Virus record (IMG/VR): IMGVR_UViG_3300034072_000758
Span: 62,001 to 126,000 of that record
Direction: 5' to 3' (one strand)
Length of the DNA: 64,000 nucleotides
Shown in pieces: positions 1 through 9,746 of this stretch (its first letter is position 1; each line of letters begins with the position of its first letter). A program made the position numbers and the translations under genes. Under the pieces are notes generated by a model. The model had not been told where the DNA came from, ran no database searches, and was given only the letters and a program-made list of their open reading frames with translations.

Positions 1-255
1 GAGTCGGCACGTATGACCATCAATAGTAAAAAGCTCCTTAAGGAGTTAAAGAACTTTGTAGCATCAGGCGCATCATATAAGGCGAAGCCGGGTGAGCATG
101 ATGATCTGGTCATGGGGACTGTCCTGATCGCCAGAATGTTGGACTTGGTGGTCAACTATTCGTTGAACAACATGGATGATCTTAAAGAAGCTATCAACGA
201 GGACGATGAAGAAGATGCGGGCGGCGGGGATGACCTGTTGCCGGTACTGGTGTAA
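1..255 (+). CDS. terL: Terminase large subunit, C-terminal end (partial, runs off left edge)
   Basis: Frame is open from base 1. ELKNFVASGASYKAKPGEHDDLVM matches the C-terminal nuclease HDDLVM motif of T4 gp17-like terminases, followed by an acidic tail. Confidence 0.8.
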   Translation, partial: ESARMTINSKKLLKELKNFVASGASYKAKPGEHDDLVMGTVLIARMLDLVVNYSLNNMDDLKEAINEDDEEDAGGGDDLLPVLV

Positions 256-364
256 CAATGAAGCTTTCTGACTTTGAAGAGATCAACACGCATGTAAAGT
301 GGATACCACCATTCAACGGTAATACCGTGTTGTCAATAGAGACGCGGCCATGTTCCGATCTCCC

Positions 365-742
365 TTAGTTTGCGCGATTACCGAAACGCATGTCGCGGAC
401 GATACCCGAAATGATTGCGAGCTTTTGAATGTCGTCGCCCGAAGCAACCTTTTGGCCGATCTTCGTACCGCTGGCCAGTTGGACCATCCATGTGAAAAGG
501 AAGTTGTTGAACTCGTCCTTGGGGACATAGGCGGCTTCACCGCGCTCGAACAGATATTCGATGATGTCCGAATAGACGCTGATCCAGAGATTGTTTTCGG
601 TAATCTGATCGAACAGACCTTGGCGAGCATCACCCGCATTCTGAGACAGTTGAGCAATAACACGTTCCGAAACCTTCGCGGTGTCGGCTTGGAGAGTAGT
701 GATGGCGGCTTTGATGTCAGCGAGCGGGATCATAACAGTCAT
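365..742 (-). CDS. Hypothetical protein (125 aa)
   Basis: ORF with a GGAG RBS and an upstream TTGACA-N16-TACTAT promoter (802-775). Confidence 0.6.
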   Translation of the reverse strand: MTVMIPLADIKAAITTLQADTAKVSERVIAQLSQNAGDARQGLFDQITENNLWISVYSDIIEYLFERGEAAYVPKDEFNNFLFTWMVQLASGTKIGQKVASGDDIQKLAIISGIVRDMRFGNRAN

Positions 743-814
743 AAATCAATCTCCTATATTTTATTCGATGATTTATAGTAACACAGACCGATATATTGTC
801 AAGCTATCAACAAA

Positions 815-1165
815 CTATTCTGGATAAAATTCCCAAAAATCTTCTTCGCTGTCAGTTGTGGTTACGACCTTGGAGTATTTAATGTAGTATGTTGGGTATT
901 GTTCTTCATCACACCAGAATTTGATCATTTCTGGTATCTTGGCTTTACGTTCTTCTTCCGGTAAAGCTTGTAGGTGTGGCCAGCCAGTGAAATCAGCAGC
1001 TTCAAACCTAGCTTTCATGTTAGAAAGGCGCTGACGAAGCTCCGTAACCGTTTCTACTATGTATTCCTCAGCAGACTTGCGCGTCTGAAAACTACTGACG
1101 AAAATAGGGCCGCAAACATTTGAGTGATACACGTCATACTTTATAACGGTTGTTATTTCATGCAT
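815..1165 (-). CDS. Hypothetical protein (116 aa)
   Basis: ORF whose start overlaps the stop of the upstream small ORF (coupling). Confidence 0.6.
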   Translation of the reverse strand: MHEITTVIKYDVYHSNVCGPIFVSSFQTRKSAEEYIVETVTELRQRLSNMKARFEAADFTGWPHLQALPEEERKAKIPEMIKFWCDEEQYPTYYIKYSKVVTTTDSEEDFWEFYPE

Positions 1166-1326
1166 CTCAACGCAGCCTTTTTCGCTTCTTCAACGGATGA
1201 ATATATCACACCGTTGAAGCTGATACCATAGGGGGAGGACACAACTGCGCGCTGTTCAAAGGCACCGGGATGCGTATAGATGATCGCGTTGCCTTTGCGC
1301 TTTTTAGACCACTCAACTTCGGACAT
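1153..1326 (-). CDS. Small hypothetical protein (57 aa, not in ORF track)
   Basis: Translated by hand: MSEVEWSKKRKGNAIIYTHPGAFEQRAVVSSPYGISFNGVIYSSVEEAKKAALRCMK. GGAGA RBS upstream, and its stop overlaps the next start. Confidence 0.55.
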   Translation of the reverse strand: MSEVEWSKKRKGNAIIYTHPGAFEQRAVVSSPYGISFNGVIYSSVEEAKKAALRCMK

Positions 1327-1456
1327 TCATATTCTCCAAAGATGATATTCATCAAAGTGAAAAGTAAGCCCAAAAAGCACGAGGGTGATTCTGACTATAT
1401 CTATGTTGTCTTCCGGGTAAATTATTCGACTGTCGGTCAGTGAGAATAGTTTCATA

Positions 1457-1984
1457 TCACAGCCCCGGAATTTTCACCCTGTAGGTATCGGCGATATGGA
1501 TCAAGGCTTCGACATTACCCTTAGCATCATCTACCGGATCATGGGTATGCTTCGTCTTGCGGAACTTCTTCCACTTGCTTGAGGCGAACCAATCTTTCTC
1601 CAACCCAGCATAGAAGTTGCCAATACGATGGCCAGAGAACCCGAACGGATTCTTGATGTCGTACAAGGCAAAATAATAGTTGGGCCACATCCAGTCATAA
1701 GCCAGATTGTCCGAGATAAACATCGGACGACCATCGCTGGTATCTTTCAGAAAAGCTTCGAGGTCTCGGATACCGATCTCAGGATCGGGGAACGCCTCAT
1801 GTTCTTCTCTTGTGATGTTTGAAATAGCCAAAGCTTCTGGAACCCATTTATCGGAAATGGGGGCGAAATCTGCGCGGAAGGTTGTTTTCATCTGACGATC
1901 AACTCGGACCAACCCGATGGAAACCATCGAATACAATCCCGGCGCAGGACCATCACCTTCAATATCTACAACATATAAACTCAT
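1457..1984 (-). CDS. DEDDh 3'-5' exo(ribo)nuclease, Rv2179c-like
   Basis: Motifs VVDIEGDGPAPGLYSMVSIG, DNLAYDW and HTHDPVDDAKG (ExoI/II/III). Confidence 0.8.
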   Translation of the reverse strand: MSLYVVDIEGDGPAPGLYSMVSIGLVRVDRQMKTTFRADFAPISDKWVPEALAISNITREEHEAFPDPEIGIRDLEAFLKDTSDGRPMFISDNLAYDWMWPNYYFALYDIKNPFGFSGHRIGNFYAGLEKDWFASSKWKKFRKTKHTHDPVDDAKGNVEALIHIADTYRVKIPGL

Positions 1985-2019
1985 GTGCGTATCTTAGCGC
2001 AACATAATCCTACAGTCAA

Positions 2020-2304
2020 CTACATAGATGACGTTTTGAGAAGAAAGACCATCAGGTCTTCATCATTCTTGAACTCGATCCGCCAATCTTTCCCATCAAC
2101 ATTCCGTCGAATGTCGTAGTCGTGCGCCAGCATGTTGACTAAATCTGTCTTGTTAACGATGATGTCATAGACATTCGGACGGATCGCTACCATTAGATTA
2201 TTGTTACGCATGATCTTTGACGTACTGAAATACGTGTAATAATCCGGCGTTGGAGTGAGCATAACTGTCACACCATGAAAATTAAGTTTAGTAGGTTTCT
2301 TCAT
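2020..2304 (-). CDS. Hypothetical protein with C-terminal acidic/hydrophobic family motif
   Basis: ORF overlapping its neighbour by 4 nt; ends IEFKNDEDLMVFLLK. Confidence 0.6.
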   Translation of the reverse strand: MKKPTKLNFHGVTVMLTPTPDYYTYFSTSKIMRNNNLMVAIRPNVYDIIVNKTDLVNMLAHDYDIRRNVDGKDWRIEFKNDEDLMVFLLKTSSM

Positions 2305-2627
2305 GATAGCATCAATGTTAATAGCATCAGTTCATCATCATCGGCGAGAGAAAATCGAATAGGATTAAGATCACCAATGATGTGCTGGTACGCAGACGGG
2401 TATTCTTTCTTTACCACGGAATTTAAGAAGTTACCAGAGCGATCTTTCACTATACTGAAATAATTTATACTGTGGCGAACCAAGACATAACTAGCATACA
2501 TCATCCCTCGGAAATGTATACCTTCATCATGATAGTTGGGGGCTTCGATCACTAAGACTTCTTGTCCGTTCATTATTACTTTTTTGATGTCGCAATCTTT
2601 TGGCACATATGGTGTCCCATCCCACAT
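2301..2627 (-). CDS. Hypothetical protein with C-terminal acidic/hydrophobic family motif
   Basis: ORF ending RFSLADDDELMLLTLMLS. Confidence 0.6.
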   Translation of the reverse strand: MWDGTPYVPKDCDIKKVIMNGQEVLVIEAPNYHDEGIHFRGMMYASYVLVRHSINYFSIVKDRSGNFLNSVVKKEYPSAYQHIIGDLNPIRFSLADDDELMLLTLMLS

Positions 2628-2630
2628 ATA

Positions 2631-2660
2631 AAAACTCCCACTCTTTTGAATGGGAGTTTA
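2631..2660 (-). terminator. Intrinsic terminator after AAA+ gene
   Basis: ACTCCCA...TGGGAGT stem flanked by A/T runs. Confidence 0.5.
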
Positions 2661-2684
2661 AAACATTTTGTTTTTGTTTGTCAA

Positions 2685-4619
2685 TTAGAGTGATCTCGCC
2701 GCAATAGCCTTCCAGTCCTGAACCAGACGAATATCACAAACAAGCTGATACAGACGGAAATTGACTTGGCGTCTCAGTCTACCGCTAATGTGAAGCTCGC
2801 GGATATAATCAATAACCTCTTGCTTCTGTTCGTCATTCAAATTGGTATGAATGTTATCTTTGATCTTCTCGATATAGTCCAGCATTTCCATCGAAGAGAA
2901 GTTCATGTTCATGGTATAAGCGCGGGTTAAAATGGCACTGTCCCATTCATCCTGAGCCATATTCGAAATGAAAATGATACGACCCTTGAAATCGATCTTG
3001 TTTGGTAGGTGGTGAATAATAGCTTGTTGAAGCTCGTGAATGCGTCCGCTCAGATCATCGTCTTCATCGCCATCCTCAACATCAATTACGTCATCCGCAA
3101 AATCATCAACATCGTCACGCTCGACCGACTTCTTTTTCTTAGTCTTTTTCAAGAGGAAGCTAAAGCGTTCGAGATCACCTTCTTCTGGAACGTTACGTAG
3201 AATACGCGACATAGAGTCGATCATTCCATCGCGTTCTACGGTCGTCATTGTTGCCGTATTGATTGTTCCGCGAACATCATACGATATTTCACGAATGGCA
3301 TCAGTGTCCAGCGCCCCCTTGAGCATATTGACTGCATTCTTGTCTTCAACAACAGAATCACAATCGTCAAAGATGACCAAACCATCAATGCGTTCGATCA
3401 AAGTACGATACATGGCTGGGGTAGTGATACGACCCTTCTTGACCACATAGTCCTTACCTTCTTGAAGACCAAGGGCCTTGACAGCCTTCATGACTACATA
3501 TGTCTTACCCGAAGATGGCGCGCCAGTCAGCAATAGAGATTTAATCGACGCGGATTGTCCACCAGCGATCAGAGTAACCATTTTGGTCAATTCGTCATAC
3601 TGCGCTTCCATGTTGGAACGTCCATCAGCGCGTTGATTGTCGTTGAGCTTATTTTCAATCGAACGCTCTATCTGCGCCAAAACTTCTTCCATACCTTCAA
3701 CGCGGAAGAACGCGCCATTACGCTTGCGACCCATAAGGTAGAGTTTGTTGCTGGATGGTCCAGCCATCTTCTTGAGCTTCTTAACCGAAGCAAGAGTAGC
3801 AAGGTCTTGGAAGTCTTTATCGTCGGTTTCGGGTTGAGCATCGATAGTAGCCCCACCCATAGCACCTGAGAGCTTTGCGTTTGTATCTTCGGCTTCGGGA
3901 GAATCGGCGCTATCTTTACCCGTGAAATTGTATTTGAATGCACTCTTTTTATATTCCGGGGCAGTGCGGATGGCGACCGGAATCTGAACATCATTTTCTT
4001 GAGCAATACGAGTCAAATCAACGATGGAAATATCGGACAAATCTTCCCCGGACTTTTTCAAAATATCAATGAACTCGTCAGGTGAAACACGGCGGGCCAT
4101 TTCAGAAAGAACCATCATTTCGGCGATCATTGATTCCGTCACGCCTTCTGGGGCATCGAACTCAGCGATTTTACCAGACTTAGGATTGATGATCCACTTA
4201 GCTACGGCGTCCGCCATTTCATTAAAATCACCAATAGGCGGAAGCTGAATCGAATATTCTGGTTCAGAACCGAGACGATATTCTTTCCATGCGTAAATTG
4301 TTACCACACCCATTTCTGGTTGACTTTTGTTCCAAGCCAATACGAAAGCGTGACTGGTGGCATCCGTGATATACAAATAGCCTTTTTGATTTGATCCAAT
4401 GCTATATACGCGCTTCGAACCACCGATTTTTACGATCTTACCGAATTTCTTTTTCAGAACAGCAATGATGCTGGCAGGGCTGCGATTAGACTGTGGCGCA
4501 AATTCTACAAGCTTAGTGGTGCGAGCTTGGTGTGCTTCCGCAATAATGTTCTTGATTTGCTTCCCAAATTTATCATATTCGCTCATAATAATCTCACTTA
4601 ACGAAAAATAGCTAGTCAA
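2685..4619 (-). CDS. AAA+ ATPase with long N-terminal extension (probable true start 4586)
   Basis: Walker A GAPSSGKT, Walker B IFDDCD and NMLKGALD, as in T4-like phage AAA proteins. Late motif ATAAATA at 4622-4628 (-). Confidence 0.8.
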   Translation of the reverse strand: MTSYFSLSEIIMSEYDKFGKQIKNIIAEAHQARTTKLVEFAPQSNRSPASIIAVLKKKFGKIVKIGGSKRVYSIGSNQKGYLYITDATSHAFVLAWNKSQPEMGVVTIYAWKEYRLGSEPEYSIQLPPIGDFNEMADAVAKWIINPKSGKIAEFDAPEGVTESMIAEMMVLSEMARRVSPDEFIDILKKSGEDLSDISIVDLTRIAQENDVQIPVAIRTAPEYKKSAFKYNFTGKDSADSPEAEDTNAKLSGAMGGATIDAQPETDDKDFQDLATLASVKKLKKMAGPSSNKLYLMGRKRNGAFFRVEGMEEVLAQIERSIENKLNDNQRADGRSNMEAQYDELTKMVTLIAGGQSASIKSLLLTGAPSSGKTYVVMKAVKALGLQEGKDYVVKKGRITTPAMYRTLIERIDGLVIFDDCDSVVEDKNAVNMLKGALDTDAIREISYDVRGTINTATMTTVERDGMIDSMSRILRNVPEEGDLERFSFLLKKTKKKKSVERDDVDDFADDVIDVEDGDEDDDLSGRIHELQQAIIHHLPNKIDFKGRIIFISNMAQDEWDSAILTRAYTMNMNFSSMEMLDYIEKIKDNIHTNLNDEQKQEVIDYIRELHISGRLRRQVNFRLYQLVCDIRLVQDWKAIAARSL

Positions 4620-4687
4620 TGTATTTATGAGAAAAGGCGCAAACCAACCTAATGATTTGCGCCTATCTGTACTTGATTGAGATCAAT

Positions 4688-5131
4688 TTATTTGTCGAAA
4701 TTACAGGCCGGATAAAGGCTAAGGACAGCAATTATTACATTACCAGCTTTATCGTACTCATTTTGATAATACGCTGCGGCTGCGTTAGCTTTTTCGGCTG
4801 TAATTTGACCCGCTTGATATTGAGCTTTAAGGGTAGCAAACGACTGTTGGAGTTGTTCTCTATATGAAGTGGAAACAAGAAGCATGTAAACAGCGGCCCC
4901 AAGGCGACCGTTTCTCTCGTACACATCAGCCGCGTTAGCACTCAAAGGAGCATCGACCGGATTATTCAAGAGTTGATTATAGCAAGCTGATGATGGTTTA
5001 AACTCAGCGGCATAAGCCGCCCCTAATTTAACAAGCTGTTCATCGGTAGGAACATTCGATTGTGTTTGAGCAACCGATAATGTTGGTGTTAAGGCCAGAA
5101 GCGCGGCCATGATTACTGCGACGATCTTCAT
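4688..5131 (-). CDS. Exported hypothetical protein (signal peptide)
   Basis: MKIVAVIMAALLALTPTLSVA|Q is a Sec signal with an A-x-A-like site; GGGGA RBS. Confidence 0.65.
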   Translation of the reverse strand: MKIVAVIMAALLALTPTLSVAQTQSNVPTDEQLVKLGAAYAAEFKPSSACYNQLLNNPVDAPLSANAADVYERNGRLGAAVYMLLVSTSYREQLQQSFATLKAQYQAGQITAEKANAAAAYYQNEYDKAGNVIIAVLSLYPACNFDK

Positions 5132-5307
5132 TATTATTCCCCTTTAGGACTATGATTTACTCTATCATAGCCTGTGGATAAGATTCAATTTTATAATTAA
5201 TTTTTTTAGTTAATATTTAAATTGCGATTCATTTTATCCTTAGACTATGATGGAAAAATCATCTTTATTTCGGCCAATGAATACCGCTTTTAGCCGAAAA
5301 TCATAGC

Positions 5308-5314
5308 ATAAATA
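5308..5314 (+). promoter_or_regulatory. T4-like late promoter motif ATAAATA
   Basis: Same motif recurs shortly upstream of most structural genes in the window; resembles T4 late consensus TATAAATA. Confidence 0.55.
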
Positions 5315-5346
5315 CTACCCAAGTATTTAAAAGGAAGACAACGCAT

Positions 5347-6354
5347 ATGGCGATCTTAGACACTGGTTTCAATATTTCACTTCGCCCAATGAAGTACCCT
5401 CAATTTTACGAGGCTTTCGTAGAAGCCCAAGCAAACAACTGGTCCGTTCAGGAAATCTCTTTCTCCACTGACATCACCGATCTGAAACAAAAGCTCAGTC
5501 CAGAAGACAAGCACGTAGTCAGCCGCATCGTCGCCTTCTTCGCCAATGGGGATGCCATCGTAAACGACAATGCTTGTCTCGCTCTTTACAAGCATGTGAA
5601 CAACCCAGAAGCTCGCCTATATTACAGCCGTCAAATATTTGAAGAATCACTTCATATTCAATTCTACCTAACTCTTCTGGACAACTACGTTCCAGACATC
5701 AACGAACGTGAAGCCATGTTTAAGGCCATTGAAACCGTTCCTTCGGTGAAGAGAAAGGCAGAATGGGCGCTCAAGTGGTCGGATGAAATGAACTCGATTC
5801 CGGTTTTGGAAACGGACGAGCATCGCCGTACATTTTTGAAAAATCTCATTGCTTTCGCTACTTGTGTCGAAGGCTTGTTCTTCTTTGGCGCGTTTGCCTA
5901 TGTCTACTATCTGCGCGATAAGGGCCTTCTTCATGGTCTGGCTTCGGGAACCAATTGGGTATTCCGCGACGAATCCTGTCACATGAAGTTTGCGTTCTCG
6001 GTGATTGACGTAATCAAGGTCGAATACCCACATCTTTGGGATGCTCGTATGGAAAACGACATTCGTGAAATGATTGCTGAGGCTATCGAATGCGAAATGC
6101 AATTCGCCGAAGACACCCTCACCAGCAATGGTATCTTAGGTCTATCACCAAAGGATATGCGTCAATACTTGGAATGTACCGCCGATAGTCATTTCGTTCG
6201 TCTAGGTCTGCCAAAAGTTTACAATTCCAAGAACCCGTTTGATTTCATGATCAAGCAAGATGTTCAATCTCTGACCAATTTCTTCGAGAGAACAGTAGCG
6301 GAATACTCGGTTGGTATCGGTGGTGACATCGATCTCGATGCTGACGATTTCTAA
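5347..6354 (+). CDS. nrdB: Ribonucleotide reductase class I beta subunit
   Basis: Di-metal ligands and radical Tyr present: FFANGD, EESLHIQFY, VEGLFFFGAF, RDESCH. C-terminal NFFERTVAEY. Confidence 0.95.
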   Translation: MAILDTGFNISLRPMKYPQFYEAFVEAQANNWSVQEISFSTDITDLKQKLSPEDKHVVSRIVAFFANGDAIVNDNACLALYKHVNNPEARLYYSRQIFEESLHIQFYLTLLDNYVPDINEREAMFKAIETVPSVKRKAEWALKWSDEMNSIPVLETDEHRRTFLKNLIAFATCVEGLFFFGAFAYVYYLRDKGLLHGLASGTNWVFRDESCHMKFAFSVIDVIKVEYPHLWDARMENDIREMIAEAIECEMQFAEDTLTSNGILGLSPKDMRQYLECTADSHFVRLGLPKVYNSKNPFDFMIKQDVQSLTNFFERTVAEYSVGIGGDIDLDADDF

Positions 6355-6386
6355 TAAAAAAGGCGGGGATTTCCCCGCCTTTCTCT
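6355..6386. terminator. Bidirectional intrinsic terminator
   Basis: AAAAAAGGCGGGG-ATTT-CCCCGCCTTT between convergent genes. Confidence 0.8.
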
Positions 6387-7472
6387 TTAATATGGATTGT
6401 AAATGTCATCCAAATCGTTTGGAACCGTAATTGTATTTCCAGTATACTTCGCGTAATCGTAAATACGGAAATCACAGAAGCTACCATTAGCAAACTCGAT
6501 AAAGGGAACAGTCGTCGCAATATCTATGGTATTATATGGGTGCGTGGGATACACTGGCGTCGGCCCATAGCCAGCAGAGCTACCATTTATGTAAACTCTG
6601 AATTGGTCATTATTGCGAACCATAGCAATGTGGTTATATGGCCTGTGACCGTAATTACCAACGGACGTTGTAGCGTCAGCATAGAACTCTTTCGACTTCC
6701 CGGTAGTGGTATCGTAAAAATTCCTAACGGATAGCGATCTTGAACCATAATAATCCGGCTGGCTATAATAATCATGGAAAGACCAGCGTAATTGTAAGGC
6801 GTTATTTATTTGAAAAATTGGATAGTTCGCAGCAACAGGATCGTAAGGTTGACCATACGAGCTAAAGAAAAACTCAATAGTAAAGTTCGATTCTCTCATG
6901 AAAACGAACTCTGATCCAATTTGAATTTTTGTTGTTCTATTATTATTAAGATTGCGAGTTCCAGCATTTAACATTTTCTTCGTAGAAGGACCGGATAAAT
7001 CAGCCTTGGTAAATGTCTGGTATCCACCGCTACCTATATAACCTATACCAGAACCAACAGCGGGCGTTAGGTTACCGTTCAACGGAAGGCTATAAATCAG
7101 AGAGTTTGATGCTCTGGTTACAGTGATAGTGAAAGCAATCGAGCCGCGCACCCAATGACCAAACAATTCTCTATAAGCCTCAACAGTGAAATTATACGAA
7201 GCACCTTCTGGTACATCGGGAATAGTCCCAGACAGTAAACCACTAGACGACAGCGTTACACCAGACGGTAACTCGCCGGATACTACCGCATATGTTGTCG
7301 GGTTGGGTATACCTTCGTTGTTCACGCCTTGAACTTTTGTTTGAAGCTGAACAGATATAGGCTTATTTATTGAGAACTGACCAAGGTTTGCTGGTTGTAA
7401 GAACCCCAAAGTATTCTTACTTTTGATTGGTGCGGAATACGTTCTATACGATCCGCCGACTGAAACTCCCAT
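6387..7472 (-). CDS. Virion fibre/decoration protein: Ig-like repeat plus LamG/ConA-like domain
   Basis: SGELPSGVTLSSSGLLSGT (putative Ig repeat); NFTIEFFF...NHIAMVR...CDFRIYDYAKY (LamG-like). Confidence 0.7.
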   Translation of the reverse strand: MGVSVGGSYRTYSAPIKSKNTLGFLQPANLGQFSINKPISVQLQTKVQGVNNEGIPNPTTYAVVSGELPSGVTLSSSGLLSGTIPDVPEGASYNFTVEAYRELFGHWVRGSIAFTITVTRASNSLIYSLPLNGNLTPAVGSGIGYIGSGGYQTFTKADLSGPSTKKMLNAGTRNLNNNRTTKIQIGSEFVFMRESNFTIEFFFSSYGQPYDPVAANYPIFQINNALQLRWSFHDYYSQPDYYGSRSLSVRNFYDTTTGKSKEFYADATTSVGNYGHRPYNHIAMVRNNDQFRVYINGSSAGYGPTPVYPTHPYNTIDIATTVPFIEFANGSFCDFRIYDYAKYTGNTITVPNDLDDIYNPY

Positions 7473-7478
7473 CCGTTA

Positions 7479-8426
7479 TTATCCTTTTTCTACGGTTGCT
7501 ATGACAACACCATTAACGTCACCGTCGCTATAGTGGTCGCCAATTCTATGATCTTCGTTTGTAACAATGGAAATTTCGCCTGTCTTTTCATCGGCATAAA
7601 CAATTCCATTATAATTACCGTGCTTGAGGATGGATTGTTCAAGTTCCTTTACCATACCATTCACGATGCGATCCATCTTCCCTTCCCATTCTCCCAACAT
7701 ATCAAAACCATAATAGATCGAAATTTTAGCAGCAATAGCGCGAGGGAACATATATACCGACAGTTTCTTCACTGTTACACCGCCTTCTGCCGGGGCAGGA
7801 ACGTGCGTCATTTCTGTTTTGATAACAGTGCCAGTATCCGGGTCGATAATACGCCAAGTATACCACCCTTCTTGCTTCTTGAGAGTCGGGGCATCATGAA
7901 GCATATTACTCAAAGCGTTTTTGAACATAGAATGGGCGTTACGCCATTTCTTAGCGTTCTCGGAAGGCAAAAATTGAAGTTGAATACGAGCGTTCGAATT
8001 GGCTGGCGAGCGGGCTGGTTGTGATTCTGCTGGTGCAGCCTCAGTCAAGTCTTTGAATACATATCCGGCTTGTTCAAGCTTATGTTTTACTTCGGACTTG
8101 AAAATGTGGTCGGCATATTGAGACATATCTTCGCCAGAATATACCGGATCGATTTCCTTCAATTCCTTTTCTAGGAAGGCTGTGATTTCTCCAATAACTT
8201 CATCTGAATACAATTCACGATCCTCGTCTGTCAGACCTTCTTGTCCCCAAAATAGACGATCATAAAACTCAACAAAATTATCGAAATCAAAATCTTCAAC
8301 AACCTGTTGAACATAATGATCATACGTACCTTCGTCGCCGAAATCTGGATAATATTCACCACGCTCATGATCATACTGTCCGGCTTCCATAATTTTATTC
8401 ATAATTTCACGAATATCACGGCTCAT
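7479..8426 (-). CDS. Late hypothetical protein, candidate internal head protein
   Basis: ATAAATA at 8448-8454 (-), GGAG RBS, N-terminus MSRDIREIMNKIMEA with I-x-E. Confidence 0.6.
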   Translation of the reverse strand: MSRDIREIMNKIMEAGQYDHERGEYYPDFGDEGTYDHYVQQVVEDFDFDNFVEFYDRLFWGQEGLTDEDRELYSDEVIGEITAFLEKELKEIDPVYSGEDMSQYADHIFKSEVKHKLEQAGYVFKDLTEAAPAESQPARSPANSNARIQLQFLPSENAKKWRNAHSMFKNALSNMLHDAPTLKKQEGWYTWRIIDPDTGTVIKTEMTHVPAPAEGGVTVKKLSVYMFPRAIAAKISIYYGFDMLGEWEGKMDRIVNGMVKELEQSILKHGNYNGIVYADEKTGEISIVTNEDHRIGDHYSDGDVNGVVIATVEKG

Positions 8427-8460
8427 GTAAAAATCTCCAATAATTTATATTTATCTATGT

Positions 8461-8488
8461 TGACAGCATGACAAGACATGTTATAACC
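8461..8488 (+). promoter_or_regulatory. sigma70-type promoter TTGACA-N16-TATAAC
   Basis: Seen directly upstream of the RNA ligase gene. Confidence 0.65.
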
Positions 8489-8519
8489 AAAGAATATCAA
8501 GGTTTAGGAGACAAAATAT

Positions 8520-9746
8520 ATGCGCCTCACGCTAGAACAATATCGCGCCATTGTTGGTGATCGGGAATTTTTCAACTTCTATACAAAAACCGATCACAAT
8601 GGTCGAACCTATTATGTGGGGAACTATGTCTCCATCGCTTGCCGCTTCCCTCCGCTGGACGAAGACGGTATCGATGATGCTGAACGTTTCGCTCGCCGTA
8701 AGTTGCGCGATCTTCGTGGCGTGATCTTCAATGATCAAGGCGAAATCATTTCGCTACCTCTTCACAAGTTTATGAACTTGGGTGAAGGTGACGAACATCA
8801 ATCGGACAAGCTCGACTGGTCGTCGTTCACCGTTTATGACAAGCTGGATGGTTCGATGGTCCGCCCGGTCAATTTCTATGGTGATGTGCGTTGGTGTACC
8901 AAGGCCGGTATTACCCATATGTCTCCCGACATCGAAGCCTACGTGGCTCGCCGCGACAAGAAGGACACTAGCTTCTCTCTGGACGGCTGGGTGAAGGATT
9001 TGTTGGCGGCGGGGTTAACGCCCATCTTCGAATACATGGCCCCTCAGCACCGCATCGTGGTCGATTACGGTCCCGAAGAAAACATGGTGCTTCTGGCGAT
9101 CCGCGACATCGCAACCGGCGAATATTTGGACATCCATGCTAAGGATGACCTCGTACCACCGCAAGTCGAAGTCGTGCGTCAATGGGAAGTCACGGACATG
9201 GAATCCCTTCTGGACACCGTGCGGGAACTCAAGGGTGCCGAAGGCGTCATCATTAAGTTTAAGGACGGCCCGTGGGTTAAGGTCAAGAGCCTCGACTACG
9301 TGATTCTCCACAAGAACCGCGACAGTCTCGAAAAGGAACGCTATGTGATCCTGAACTCCGTTCGGGAAACCATTGACGATCTCCTGCCTCTGCTGCCTCC
9401 GCATCTGCGCGAGAAGGTGGCTGCGTATGCCAGCAGCTTTATGGGTTACTATAACAAGCGCATCACTGAAATGGCCATCAACATCAAGACGGCCTATGAT
9501 GCGGCTCAGAGCGCCGAGAATCCGCGCAAAGAGTTCGCTCTTAATTCGGGTCTGAACGGTCGTGAAAAGAGCCTGACCTTCACCTTCTGGGGGAAGATCG
9601 GTGATAATTTCGAAAGCGATCTTCGGGACTACCTGAACGATAAGGTGGCGATCTCCTGCGATCAGTCAGAATCCAACTTCCAAAGCTTCGTGGCCGAACT
9701 CTTCCCAGATCGTCCCGAATGGAATATCTGGAAGGTCGAGGAATAG
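8520..9746 (+). CDS. rnl1: RNA ligase 1 (T4 Rnl1-like)
   Basis: LRGVIF...LHKFMNLGE, adenylation motif KLDGS, IFEY, EGVII and VKVKS...YV...H. Confidence 0.85.
   Translation: MRLTLEQYRAIVGDREFFNFYTKTDHNGRTYYVGNYVSIACRFPPLDEDGIDDAERFARRKLRDLRGVIFNDQGEIISLPLHKFMNLGEGDEHQSDKLDWSSFTVYDKLDGSMVRPVNFYGDVRWCTKAGITHMSPDIEAYVARRDKKDTSFSLDGWVKDLLAAGLTPIFEYMAPQHRIVVDYGPEENMVLLAIRDIATGEYLDIHAKDDLVPPQVEVVRQWEVTDMESLLDTVRELKGAEGVIIKFKDGPWVKVKSLDYVILHKNRDSLEKERYVILNSVRETIDDLLPLLPPHLREKVAAYASSFMGYYNKRITEMAINIKTAYDAAQSAENPRKEFALNSGLNGREKSLTFTFWGKIGDNFESDLRDYLNDKVAISCDQSESNFQSFVAELFPDRPEWNIWKVEE

Noticed and set aside
258-368. 36-codon ORF after terL (MKLSDFEEINTHVKW...)
   Set aside because: Short, no recognisable motif or clear RBS, and it converges on the next gene's end. 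Cannot be supported.
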